Shown in pieces: positions 50,888 to 60,185 of a stretch of DNA of 64,000 nt; within the stretch, counting starts at the first letter, position 1; each line of letters begins with the position of its first letter. The translations under genes were made by a program, and so were the position numbers. The notes beneath the pieces are model-generated. The model saw only the letters and a program-made list of their open reading frames with translations, did not search any database and had not been told where the DNA came from. Source of the DNA: Gemmatimonadales bacterium (lineage in GTDB: Bacteria > Gemmatimonadota > Gemmatimonadetes > Gemmatimonadales > GWC2-71-9); assembly GCA_965249575.1 (NCBI GenBank), contig OZ252244.1, positions 2,656,001-2,720,000 on the forward strand. Reading direction: 5' to 3'.

Positions 50888-51724
50888 CTACGGCCAGGCT
50901 GGCTCGTGCTCGAGCCAGGGGATGTCGGCGCGGCGGAACCCGTAGCCGACGGGGAACCGGAAGTCGACGGCGCCGCCGGTCGGGAGGATCCCGAGGAGCG
51001 TCCGCTCGGCCTTCTCGTCGTTATGACACATGACCATGGGCCGGCCGGCGCCGAAGAGGTCCTGGGCGTTCTCCTTCGCGGCCGTGTAGGCGGCGAGCGA
51101 TTTCAGCCGGATAATGAGCGTCCCCTCCCGCCGTTGCGGCGCCATGTTCCGGCCGACGTAGCCACTCGGGAGCTCGATCTGCTCGCCTCGGAGGACATGG
51201 CGCTCGTCCTGGAGCGGAAGCGCGAGATGGCCCGGCTCCCAGGCCGGCCCGAGGTACAGCTCGGGGATGCTCGGCTTGAGCCCCGCCCCCATGGCCGGGA
51301 TCCGGAGCCGCCAGTAGCGGAACGATTGCGTCGCCCACCGCCGGAAGAACGCACCCTCCCAGGTCTTGATCCCGTCGTCGACGTCCGAGTCGGCGACGAC
51401 CGTCGACGGGAGCGCCATCGTGAAGAGGTCGGTATCGCTTGAGAAGTCGTTCGTCGACCCCTCGACGAAGATCGTCTTCCCGTCGAGGTTGTGGCCCCGC
51501 CCGATGAAGACCTCGGTCGCGTCCTTCGCCGTGGCGCAATCGACCTTGAGCGTATACTCGACATTCGTCGTCGTGCCCGTCCACTTCGAGAGCGCCACCG
51601 TGCGGCGGCCGTCGGCGACGTGCCACCACTCGGCGCCGGCCGCCTCCTGGCTCGGCGTCATGACGTGGCCGGGATAGAGGCGCGGGTTGAAGTAATTGTT
51701 CACGAGGAACGTCGGGGCGCTCAC
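50888..51724 (-). CDS. Minor/distal tail protein
   Basis: Position; discoidin-like 'FRYWRLRI...ELYLG'. Confidence 0.55.
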   Translation of the reverse strand: MSAPTFLVNNYFNPRLYPGHVMTPSQEAAGAEWWHVADGRRTVALSKWTGTTTNVEYTLKVDCATAKDATEVFIGRGHNLDGKTIFVEGSTNDFSSDTDLFTMALPSTVVADSDVDDGIKTWEGAFFRRWATQSFRYWRLRIPAMGAGLKPSIPELYLGPAWEPGHLALPLQDERHVLRGEQIELPSGYVGRNMAPQRREGTLIIRLKSLAAYTAAKENAQDLFGAGRPMVMCHNDEKAERTLLGILPTGGAVDFRFPVGYGFRRADIPWLEHEPAWP

Positions 51725-52056
51725 GGCTTCAGTTCCTCCCGGATCGTCGCGAGCCGGCCGGCGACGAGCTTCCCGAACCGCTCAGTCCGGGCCTGATCGG
51801 TCGCGACCAGCTCCTTGAGCTTCTCGATCGCGGCGTCCGCCAGGTCGACCGCGGTCCGGATCCGATCGATCCGGGCGCCCTCGAGCTGCATCGCCGCCGC
51901 GATCTCCCCGAGCGCGGCGTCGAGCTGCGCCGGCCGTTCCGTCAGGCGGCGCTGGAGGTCGAGGATCTTCTCGTCCGCTTTCTGCAATGCGCCCTTGAGC
52001 TGGTCGATCTCGATCGACAGGGCCGTCTCGTCGTCAAGGATGTCGTCGTGTGCCAT
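51721..52056 (-). CDS. Coiled-coil phage protein
   Basis: Heptad pattern; GGAGAGGGGG RBS. Confidence 0.55.
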   Translation of the reverse strand: MAHDDILDDETALSIEIDQLKGALQKADEKILDLQRRLTERPAQLDAALGEIAAAMQLEGARIDRIRTAVDLADAAIEKLKELVATDQARTERFGKLVAGRLATIREELKP

Positions 52057-52124
52057 CGGTGCCCCCTCTCCCTGTAGCTACCTATCGTTACCTGTCGTTA
52101 CCCATCGCTCCCTATGGCTCCCCA

Positions 52125-53942
52125 TCACCCGCGCGCCGTCCCGCCCGTCGAGCCGAGGACGCCCCCGAATTGCGCGCGCGGGATCCGATTGATCCCGTCG
52201 AGATTCTCGAATCGCTTGAGGAGATATTCGGTCTGGCGGAGGACCTCGCCGGTCTCCGGGACCTCGATGATGTTGACGATCTTCAGCGGGAACGCTTCGA
52301 CCGCTTCGGGCTTGACGCGCACCAGCTCGACCGGGACGGGCTTGTTGTTCCGGCCGATCACGGCGCCGAGGATCCCGCCGACGGCGCCGGCGAGGGCGCC
52401 GAAGGGCTTGGGGAGGAGCGCGGTGGCCATCCGAGTGATGGTCCCGATGAACGCCTGCGCCGGCGACTCGAAGTTGATCAGGGCCTCGGCGACCGCGCCG
52501 ACCCCCGAGATGGCAATCGTCGAGCCGAGCTCGAGCCGCTTGGCGGCCCGGTCCTGCGCCCTGGCCGCCCGTTGCGTGATTTCGATGTGGTTCTGCGCCT
52601 TGGCAGTGAACAGCGCCGTGGCCTGTGCCGCCTTGGTAATGGTCGTGGGCGCGTCGCGGGTACCGGTCCCAGGGCCAGCGCCGACCACCCCGGGCGAGCG
52701 GCCCTGCTCCTTGAGGGTGCGCGGATCCCCGAACCCGAGGTCGATCCCCCACTGCTCGCCGGCGGTCAGCGCCCGGCCAGGACCGAACAGCCCACCACTG
52801 GGCCCGAGGCTGACCTCCAGTGGCTCGAGTTGTGTCGCACTCCGGAGCCGCTCCGGCGTTGGCGCCCCGGCACCCCGGGGTTGGGGTCGCACACCAGCAG
52901 CAGCCTGCGTCCGGAGGAGGGTCTGCCCGGCGGTGAGGTTCGCCTGTTGCCTCGCCTTCGACGCCTCGACATCGACCCCGATCCCGAGCTTCTCGAACGC
53001 GCCGGCCACCGTCCCGACGAGTGGGAGACTCCGCACGGCAGCGTCGAGCTCCTCGAGACCCGCAATGAACGCCAGGTTGAAGGCCGAGACGGCGATCACG
53101 CCGAGCGCCTTGAACGCCTCAGCGAACCCAGCACCCTCAATGGCCAGCACGAAGTTCTTCACCGTGGTGGCGAGGCCGTCGAAGAACGCACCCAGCTTCT
53201 CGGACTGCGCGAGGATGGCGGCGATCTCGTCCTTGGTGTTCAGGAAGGCGACGCCTAGGCGAGTCGCCTTATCGCCCGTGTTCTCGGTCGACTCGCCGAG
53301 CTCGGCGATCGCACGGTCTGCGGCCTCGAAGGCCGCGTTCGTGAACGCCGTCCGCTTCTCAAGCTCCGTCAGGTCGGCGACGTTCTTGTTGTTGGCCTTG
53401 GCATAGGCTCGATTCGCCTGCTCGACTTTGACGATGATCCCCAGGTTGTCGAGTAAGAGCCGGCTCTGTCGGCCGATCCCGAGGGAAAGGCTCTCAAGCG
53501 CAAGCGCGGCGTCGACGCCGAGCGCCGCGCCCAGCGTGATCGCCGTCCGCGTGAGCTTCCCGAATTCCTCGACGTTCCGGGCGGACCCAAGGGTGAGCGC
53601 CCGATTCAGCCCGGCCATGAGATCGTAGTCGGAGATGAGTCCTTGCGACGCAACCCGGAGGGCACGGAGCGCCTTCGTGGCGTTGCCCGTCTGCTGGCTG
53701 AAGGCGCGCGTGACATTCAGGACCTCGCTGCCACGCTTTGCCCACCGCTGCAGCGCGACGACACCAGCCACGGCGGCCGCCGTGAGGAGAGTGACGTTCC
53801 GCGCCATCGTCCGGAACGCCCGTCCAACGTTCGCGGCCGAGCGGGTGATCCGCTGGAAGGTCCGGCCGAGCGCCTTCAGGCCACGGGTGGCGGTGTCCCG
53901 CAGTCGGACGACGACGTTGACATGCCGGGTCTCGTCAGCCAT
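52125..53942 (-). CDS. Tail tape measure protein
   Basis: Ala-rich helical protein, 'LGIGRQSRLLLDNLGI'; follows the chaperone pair. Confidence 0.85.
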   Translation of the reverse strand: MADETRHVNVVVRLRDTATRGLKALGRTFQRITRSAANVGRAFRTMARNVTLLTAAAVAGVVALQRWAKRGSEVLNVTRAFSQQTGNATKALRALRVASQGLISDYDLMAGLNRALTLGSARNVEEFGKLTRTAITLGAALGVDAALALESLSLGIGRQSRLLLDNLGIIVKVEQANRAYAKANNKNVADLTELEKRTAFTNAAFEAADRAIAELGESTENTGDKATRLGVAFLNTKDEIAAILAQSEKLGAFFDGLATTVKNFVLAIEGAGFAEAFKALGVIAVSAFNLAFIAGLEELDAAVRSLPLVGTVAGAFEKLGIGVDVEASKARQQANLTAGQTLLRTQAAAGVRPQPRGAGAPTPERLRSATQLEPLEVSLGPSGGLFGPGRALTAGEQWGIDLGFGDPRTLKEQGRSPGVVGAGPGTGTRDAPTTITKAAQATALFTAKAQNHIEITQRAARAQDRAAKRLELGSTIAISGVGAVAEALINFESPAQAFIGTITRMATALLPKPFGALAGAVGGILGAVIGRNNKPVPVELVRVKPEAVEAFPLKIVNIIEVPETGEVLRQTEYLLKRFENLDGINRIPRAQFGGVLGSTGGTARG

Positions 53943-54689
53943 CGGGATACGCCAGCCGTCTCATGCGGTCACCCGCCTCGCGGAGGGCCCCACTCGATTT
54001 GAACGCCGTTGCCGCACCCCAGGCCGTGCCCTGCATGACGCCGAACAGCCGCCGCGCCTCATACTGCCCGGCGTTGAGGGCACCCGCATAGAAGAGATTC
54101 CAGGGCATCGCCGGATCTGGGAACCCACCATAGGCCGCGGCGAAGTCGCGCATCAGGGCATCGAGGCGGAGGGCGCGGCGTCGTCGAGGGCGGCCTGCAG
54201 CTCGCGCTCCGCCATCGCGGGGTCGGGTTCGTCGTCGGGTACTTGTGGGTGTCGTGTCGGCGCCGGCGGTTCCTGCGCTCTCGCTCCCGCCGCCGGCGGC
54301 CAAGAGCGGGCCGAAAAATACTGGTCGAGGACGTCGAAGAACTCCTCCATCGTCACCCGGTCGCATTCCGCCACGAGCCCAACGGCCGCCGGGAACGTGC
54401 GGACGAGTTCGTACTTCGCCTCTCGGTTCCCGCCCACGTGCGCCTCATAGAGCCGCAGGAAGGGCATGGCCGCACGCAGCGGGAGCATCTGCGTGTGGAG
54501 GCGCAGCCCCCCAGGGAAGGTGAGCTCAATCCCATCCAGGGCTGCGAGCGTCACGTCGCTGTCGCTCGCCTCAAGGGCGGGGTCGGGCGGCAAGAAGGCC
54601 GCGCGGCGGCGGCGGCGGCGAGCCCACAGCAGCCAGAGCACAAGGAGCAGCACCACGACGAATCCGACGCCAACGAGAAATCCTGCCAT
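53935..54689 (-). CDS. Tail assembly chaperone pair (G 54153-54689; GT via probable -1 frameshift, ending 53935)
   Basis: Two overlapping ORFs before the tape measure gene, with TAT TTT TC at about 54313-54320. Confidence 0.65.
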
Positions 54690-54700
54690 GAGCACCTCCT

Positions 54701-55249
54701 CTACAAGCCAAGCCGGGCCGTGAGGGTTGCCCGGATCGCGCCCGCCGGCACGCCCAGGATCCACAGTGCCAGCGGTTCGACGAGCAGGTCTCGACGCTGA
54801 CTCGGATTGGCGAAGCCGAACATGGCGCGTCGGGGCAATCGGCTGCGGGACCGACGCGACAGGTGAAACACGAGCGGGGCCCACGCCGAGCCCCACCGGA
54901 GGAAGCTCCCCGTGATCTCGCGGATATGATCTTGACCGCCACGGCGGAATGATTTCCGACCACGACCGGTCCAAAGCATCGGTGGTCCGCTGGAGCTCGC
55001 GCCGGAGGGAGACCGCGCGTAATAGCCGCGGCGCGCCGTACGTGCGCGGATCGTGGATGGTGCCAGGGCAGGCCACGGCTCGTTGATGGAGGCGCCCTGG
55101 GTCTCGTGGATCTTCCCAGCGTGCCCCTCAAGCAGGTCGGCCATGATCTCGAAGGCCGGCTGCGGCCTCCTGATCCGATGCTCAAGACCGTTCAGGCGGG
55201 TCGTGATGTCCTTGATGCCCGTCACGTTGATATGAAGCGCAAATGACAC
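54701..55249 (-). CDS. Phage virion morphogenesis (neck/tail-completion) protein
   Basis: 'WPALAPSTIRAR', 'L..TGR.RKS', 'LPRR.MFG'. Confidence 0.75.
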   Translation of the reverse strand: MSFALHINVTGIKDITTRLNGLEHRIRRPQPAFEIMADLLEGHAGKIHETQGASINEPWPALAPSTIRARTARRGYYARSPSGASSSGPPMLWTGRGRKSFRRGGQDHIREITGSFLRWGSAWAPLVFHLSRRSRSRLPRRAMFGFANPSQRRDLLVEPLALWILGVPAGAIRATLTARLGL

Positions 55250-55283
55250 CCGGGGCCTCCGGGGTGAAGGTCTACCATGGCGG

Positions 55284-55331
55284 ATGATCTCGAAGGCCGG
55301 CTGCGGCCTCCTGATCCGATGCTCAAGACCG
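55284..55331. repeat. Exact 48-bp intergenic copy of coding sequence 55143-55190
   Basis: atgatctcgaaggccggctgcggcctcctgatccgatgctcaagaccg x2. Confidence 0.95.
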
Positions 55332-55365
55332 CCCCTGCAGCGAGCGACAGCGGGCTCGCTGGTCT

Positions 55366-56319
55366 CTAGGTAAAGCGCAAGATCAGGTCTCGCAGCACGT
55401 AGTTCAGGTCGTAGGCCGTGAAGCCCTCGTTGACCGCGTGCTCGGGGTCACGCGGGATCGTGTTCGTGTTGACGATGCTCACCTTGTTGTACTGGGTGCC
55501 GCCCAATGTCCCGGCGATGGCGCGGCTCGTTGGGGTCGCCGCGTCGCTCCACGGATCGAGTGTCGCGAGCGCGACGGTGCGTGCCGAGAGCCCGAAGATG
55601 GGCTCGAACATATCGATCGCATACTCATCAATGCCGTCGGACGCGTTGCCGCTCGTCAGCTCCTGGACTCGAGCCCCGAGGTTGAGCTCCGCAGCGTACA
55701 CGCGAAGCGATACGCCACCCACCGTGAGCGCCAGACCCGTGGCTGGCGGCGGGACCGTCGCCTGCATGGTGATGCCGGGCAGCGCGAGCTCGGTGATGCT
55801 GGTGACGATCCCCTGCATGACGAAGCGCCAGATGTTCGGCTGGCCGACGTCGAGGGGCCACGTGAACGTGCCGCGGCAGCCGGAGACCTTATAGAGTTTG
55901 CTCGCCGAGTACGCCCAGATCGTGCACGAGGTGTGGGCCGCGGAGCTCGGCGTATACTCGACCTTCTCCGAGCCACCGGTTGTGTCGACCGTCTCCGCCG
56001 TCCCACAGGAGGTGATCAGGGGGCCGGCTTCTGGCTTGCCCGCCCGAGTATCGGCGTAGGCGGACCCAACGCCCCGCACGCGCCAGGGCAGCGTGATGGT
56101 CGCCACGCGACCGGCCTTCGCCGCGCCGGCGAGCGAGTTGAAGAGCGAGCCCGTGGCATCGTCCCGCAACTCGTTCTCCCAGATGTGGCGCGTCTGGATG
56201 AGCCCGTGCAGCGGCTCGACGGAGCGGACGCCATCGGCAACGACCGTCGGGGTGGGATCCGTCCCGTAGGTGCTCTCCTCTTTGGCGAGGAGCCCCATCA
56301 GCCGTTCAGAGGTCGCCAT
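55366..56319 (-). CDS. Major tail (tube) protein
   Basis: 'LLAKEESTYGTDPTP' N-terminus, 'GCRGTF'; position. Confidence 0.8.
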   Translation of the reverse strand: MATSERLMGLLAKEESTYGTDPTPTVVADGVRSVEPLHGLIQTRHIWENELRDDATGSLFNSLAGAAKAGRVATITLPWRVRGVGSAYADTRAGKPEAGPLITSCGTAETVDTTGGSEKVEYTPSSAAHTSCTIWAYSASKLYKVSGCRGTFTWPLDVGQPNIWRFVMQGIVTSITELALPGITMQATVPPPATGLALTVGGVSLRVYAAELNLGARVQELTSGNASDGIDEYAIDMFEPIFGLSARTVALATLDPWSDAATPTSRAIAGTLGGTQYNKVSIVNTNTIPRDPEHAVNEGFTAYDLNYVLRDLILRFT

Positions 56320-56322
56320 CGA

Positions 56323-56604
56323 TCAGCTCGTCGGCGGGGTCCACCCGCAGACCGCGTCGGTGTCGAGATCGATCTGTGGGCAACAGAGCGGGCCCTTCCC
56401 GTCGTTCGCGTATTGGAGGATGGCCCCATGCGTGGGGCAGCGAATGGCGTCGCCGGTCGAGCGCACGCGCTTGGGACTCGGAGGCGGCGCGTCCTTGTCC
56501 TTCTCGCTCTTCGTGCCCTGCCGGGTCCCCACGTAGGTGCCCCCGAGCACGGCGGCGGGTGCGGTCTCCCGTGGAGGCATCTTAGGCGTCGTCGACTTGG
56601 GCAT
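56323..56604 (-). CDS. Small phage protein with Cys/His cluster
   Basis: 'CPTHG...CCP...CGW'. Confidence 0.5.
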   Translation of the reverse strand: MPKSTTPKMPPRETAPAAVLGGTYVGTRQGTKSEKDKDAPPPSPKRVRSTGDAIRCPTHGAILQYANDGKGPLCCPQIDLDTDAVCGWTPPTS

Positions 56605-57110
56605 CAGCTCAACCCCGAATCCTCTTCGTTGACCGGCACAGTGACGCGGACGCGAGTGAGGGGCGAGGAGACTTCCTCCATCCCCCCATAGTCGAGCCGC
56701 ACCCCCACACTCCCGCGCAGCTCGCCCGCGCCGAGGACGCCGCCACTCTGGTCTTCGCCCATCCGGTCGACCGTGCGCATGATCGCCTCGGCCGCGAGCT
56801 CCCCCTGCAGCACGACGAGCTCGGCCGCGTCCTGCTCATCCTGGCGCCAGGCGAGCCAGTCGAAGACGAGCGAGACGAGGGATTCCCGGAGATCGGCTCG
56901 TCGTGCTGACGTCGTGGCGATGACCCCGTAGATCCCACAGCCGGGATGGCCATCCAGGTCGCGAAAGAAGAGCTCAGCTGTCCGGCGCTTGAAGACGGTG
57001 AGGTTCGGATCGAGATTCGCGATTGACTTCGCGAGGGCGAGGGCCTCGAAGTCATCGCGGTAGTTCGCATCCAAGACGGTGGCGGCACGCTCGATGGCAG
57101 CATAGAACAC
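56604..57110 (-). CDS. Putative tail terminator / head-tail connector
   Basis: Size and position between adaptor and tail tube. Confidence 0.5.
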   Translation of the reverse strand: MFYAAIERAATVLDANYRDDFEALALAKSIANLDPNLTVFKRRTAELFFRDLDGHPGCGIYGVIATTSARRADLRESLVSLVFDWLAWRQDEQDAAELVVLQGELAAEAIMRTVDRMGEDQSGGVLGAGELRGSVGVRLDYGGMEEVSSPLTRVRVTVPVNEEDSGLS

Positions 57111-57536
57111 CTAGACCGGGTCCCCGACCCGCTCGGATCCATCGCCTCCGTAGGCACCGACCCGGTAATCCAGGCTGTCGATCTCCTCCCACGGTCCGTC
57201 CTCGGCTGGGCTCTCCGCCTCGTGCTCGTATTTGTCGGCTTGGCTGAAGAGGAGTCGTGCGCTCTCCGCGCGGGGGGCGCCCACCTCCGGCACGACGACA
57301 TCGCCGACCAGCCGCTGACCCAGTGAACGGCACAGATCGGCAAGGGTCTGGAGGATGGCCTTCCGGTTGCTCGTTGGGTCTCCCGTCGCGCTGACACCGT
57401 GCCCGTCGAGCGCCGCCTCGATCTCCTCGTTCTCGAGCTTCAGGATGACGTGATCCCGCTTGACGGCCCCGATCCGAAAGCGCACGTAGTGGAGTGCCTC
57501 GGTCTTGATCTTGGACAGCGTATAGTCAAACGCCAC
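57111..57536 (-). CDS. Head-tail adaptor protein
   Basis: 'VRFRIG......LENEEI.A.L' motif; position. Confidence 0.6.
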   Translation of the reverse strand: MAFDYTLSKIKTEALHYVRFRIGAVKRDHVILKLENEEIEAALDGHGVSATGDPTSNRKAILQTLADLCRSLGQRLVGDVVVPEVGAPRAESARLLFSQADKYEHEAESPAEDGPWEEIDSLDYRVGAYGGDGSERVGDPV

Positions 57537-57539
57537 GGG

Positions 57540-57989
57540 CTACTGCTTCTTCCGCCGACGGCTGGCCTTCTTCTTCGCCGGCGGCTGCTCCGTGGTGGTC
57601 TCGGTGCCGTCGTCCCTCTCGGTCGGCACGTCGGTAGCTGGACCCGGCGGCTCGGCTGCAAGGAACCGTTGATACGCCTCGATGCTGTCGGGATCATCGA
57701 GCGGGATCCGACCATAGCCTCGATCGAGGTAGCGATGGGCTCCGCTCGGGGCACACTTGAGACGACTCCCGTTCGTGAGGACGACCGTCACCCTTCCTGG
57801 TGGGGGCGCAGGCGGCGTGTCGAGCCACTTCACGAAATCCTCGTACGCCCGCTGGGAGTTGGCGTCACCCGTGGGGATCTTCCCCCACCCGCGACGGAGG
57901 TAGCCGTGTGCGACGGCCGGCGGGAAGCGGTGCGTCGAGCCGTCGTGTGCTTCGCCAGCACCAGCATTCAGCGTGACCGTAACGTGCAT
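57540..57989 (-). CDS. Phage protein with an internally duplicated domain
   Basis: 'AHGYLRRGWGKIP..D..S..AY..F' and 'AHRYLDRGYGRIP..D..S..AY..F'. Confidence 0.6.
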   Translation of the reverse strand: MHVTVTLNAGAGEAHDGSTHRFPPAVAHGYLRRGWGKIPTGDANSQRAYEDFVKWLDTPPAPPPGRVTVVLTNGSRLKCAPSGAHRYLDRGYGRIPLDDPDSIEAYQRFLAAEPPGPATDVPTERDDGTETTTEQPPAKKKASRRRKKQ

Positions 57990-58053
57990 GTGGAGGCCCC
58001 CTCGAGGAGAGGTCGCGGCGGGTGAGGATCACTCCCCACCCGCCCACCGCGGA

Positions 58054-59250
58054 TCAGACCGCGTTGATCTTGATGACGAACCGCTCGTCGGTGCAGACGA
58101 GATCGCCGTACTCGCGCACCTTGAACTGCGCGACGATGTCCCGCTTGAACATCTCGTCGTTCTGCATCGGCGCCCGGAAGGTCTGCAGCGGCCAGATCGT
58201 CTTGTAGATGAACTGCTGCTTGAAGTCGCCCAGGAACCAGTCAGAGGCGTCGTCGAACTGATCCTCACCCTCCGCGGCGTCAAGATGGACGCTCGAGAGG
58301 GCGCGGAGTCCCGGAATGAGTTGCGTTGCCACGTTGCCGGAGATCGTGTTGTTGTGGCGCGTCTCCGTGGCGGAGACGATCCGCGCCGCCGTCCCGGCCA
58401 GCTCGACGCCGGTCAGGAGGATGAGGTTCCCACCGAGACTGATCGGTTGGGTGCCCATCGTGTCGTCAGGCTCCCGATCGTCTCGCACGTTGGCCGCGTG
58501 GTACTGGAGCACCTCGTTGATGTCGGTCCAATCGACCAGCGGTGTGGCCGTGGCGAGGAGGTTGTTGTTGCCCGCCACGTAGAGCTGCTCGGCGGTGCCC
58601 GTCGGTCGATAGGTCCGGACCGTCGAGGTAACGTCCGCCACTCCGCGGATGATCCGGCGCTCGCGCTCATCACGTGCCGCCCGCCCCAGCTGACTTGCCC
58701 GCCGGAGCACCTGGCCGGTCTGGTCGTGGACCACCGCCTCCTCCGAGACCGAGAGCAACCGCCCCCGCTTCGTCTCGGTGGAGGTGACGTACTTCTCGCC
58801 GAATTCGGACTCCTCGTAGGCCGCGAATTCCTCGACTTCTTTCGGGCCCTGGAGGGCAGTGAAGCCGACGATGCGCTCACCCTTGAGGGTCGACCGTACC
58901 GGATCGACGAGCTCGTCGCCGATCGAGGGTGCGCCCTCATAGCCGTCGATCACCTTGGAGGCGATCAGCTGACCCACCGCAGAGGGGAAGACACCGGTAC
59001 CAACCTGCTCAATGATGGACTGTGGGATCTCGACGTAGCCCGCGCTCGCCATGGCGTAGGGCACCGTCTCTTCGACGCGGCCCACGAGCCCTTCCCAGAG
59101 GGCGCGGAAGGAGAACTCCTCCGGCTTTTTGGGTTCGAGCTTCCGCCCGTTCGGCAGGGTCCGGCCTTGGAGCAAGGCCTCCTGGATCTGGAGGTATCCG
59201 GCCGCGCCGTGTTCCTGCACCAACGCGCGGATCTGATCAACTCGTAGCAT
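58054..59250 (-). CDS. Major capsid protein (Mu gpT-like, HK97 fold)
   Basis: 'V.EFAAYEE', 'KRGRLLSVSEEAVVHDQTG', 'DWFLGDF', 'FKVREYG'. Confidence 0.85.
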   Translation of the reverse strand: MLRVDQIRALVQEHGAAGYLQIQEALLQGRTLPNGRKLEPKKPEEFSFRALWEGLVGRVEETVPYAMASAGYVEIPQSIIEQVGTGVFPSAVGQLIASKVIDGYEGAPSIGDELVDPVRSTLKGERIVGFTALQGPKEVEEFAAYEESEFGEKYVTSTETKRGRLLSVSEEAVVHDQTGQVLRRASQLGRAARDERERRIIRGVADVTSTVRTYRPTGTAEQLYVAGNNNLLATATPLVDWTDINEVLQYHAANVRDDREPDDTMGTQPISLGGNLILLTGVELAGTAARIVSATETRHNNTISGNVATQLIPGLRALSSVHLDAAEGEDQFDDASDWFLGDFKQQFIYKTIWPLQTFRAPMQNDEMFKRDIVAQFKVREYGDLVCTDERFVIKINAV

Positions 59251-59284
59251 GTGTGCCTCACTCCCTCCGGTTAGCTCAGGCCCC

Positions 59285-60100
59285 TTAGGACTCGTTCAGG
59301 AACGGCACGACCCAGAGGACGAACAGTGCCTCGCCCGCCGTGGGAGTCCCGTCGCCCTTGATCGTGAGCGTGTCGCCCATGTTGAAGATGTCGTCGCCGG
59401 TGGCGTCATCCATCGTGGCGGTCGTCACATCTCCCACGGCCGAGGCCGTCGGAATCGTGAGCGTGTCGTCTAGGCTCGTGGCACCTTTGTCGATCGTGAC
59501 CACGCACGCGCCAGCGGTCAGGACCGTGACGATGGCATCGACGCGGACGAGCTTGAACGGGAAGAGCACCGGCCAAGCGGTCAGGAAATCGACCGCGGCC
59601 GTGATGAGCCCCTGATACAACGGGATGGGAATCGGCGTCAGGGCGCGGCCCGCGTGCGGCAGGATCTCCGCCACGACTCGGGTGACGTTCGCGGAGTACC
59701 GTTTGGTGATCCGCGCGATCGCCCCGATACCGTTCTCGCCGACGGCGATCACCTGTTGGGGAATGAGGGCCGTCCCGCCCGCGTTGTCGTCCATTCCCAC
59801 CGCGTCGCCGATCTCGAACTGCGCGGCAGCGCAATCGAACTCGAACTCGCCCGCGCCGTAGACCGTGATGGGTGCCGTCTCGCCGTTGGCGCTGGCCTGC
59901 ATCGCGATCCCGACGAACTGCTTTGCGAATTGCGTCTGGGCGTCGGCGAGGCTCGCCCCGTAGGTGAGGTCCCCCGCCGGCCGGATGTCGTTGATCTCCT
60001 GGTAGACCGCGTCTCCGACTTCGATCACGGTCGCCGAATCCACGGCATAGACCCGCGCCTTCTTCGGGTCGGATTTCCGGATCTTCGTTCTGTTCGCCAC
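59285..60100 (-). CDS. Head decoration / cement-like protein
   Basis: 'VIEVGD', 'FVGIAM', 'FEIGD.V'; lies between protease and capsid genes. Confidence 0.6.
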   Translation of the reverse strand: MANRTKIRKSDPKKARVYAVDSATVIEVGDAVYQEINDIRPAGDLTYGASLADAQTQFAKQFVGIAMQASANGETAPITVYGAGEFEFDCAAAQFEIGDAVGMDDNAGGTALIPQQVIAVGENGIGAIARITKRYSANVTRVVAEILPHAGRALTPIPIPLYQGLITAAVDFLTAWPVLFPFKLVRVDAIVTVLTAGACVVTIDKGATSLDDTLTIPTASAVGDVTTATMDDATGDDIFNMGDTLTIKGDGTPTAGEALFVLWVVPFLNES

Positions 60101-60185
60101 GAGAGGCTCCTTCTCTCTCTATCCCCGGCCTTGGCGATTCTGCGATCGTCCCGGGTGACGGCCGCGCCGTGGACGTTCCGTACTG

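Noticed and set aside
55143..55331. Diversity-generating retroelement TR/VR pair
   Set aside because: The copies are identical with no adenine-specific differences, and no reverse transcriptase is present in the window.
46587..59247. Long plus-strand and alternate-frame ORFs over the structural genes (e.g. 52114-53406, 55438-56691, 57973-59247)
   Set aside because: Shadow ORFs expected in high-GC DNA; low-complexity Arg/Pro/Ala translations without recognisable motifs.
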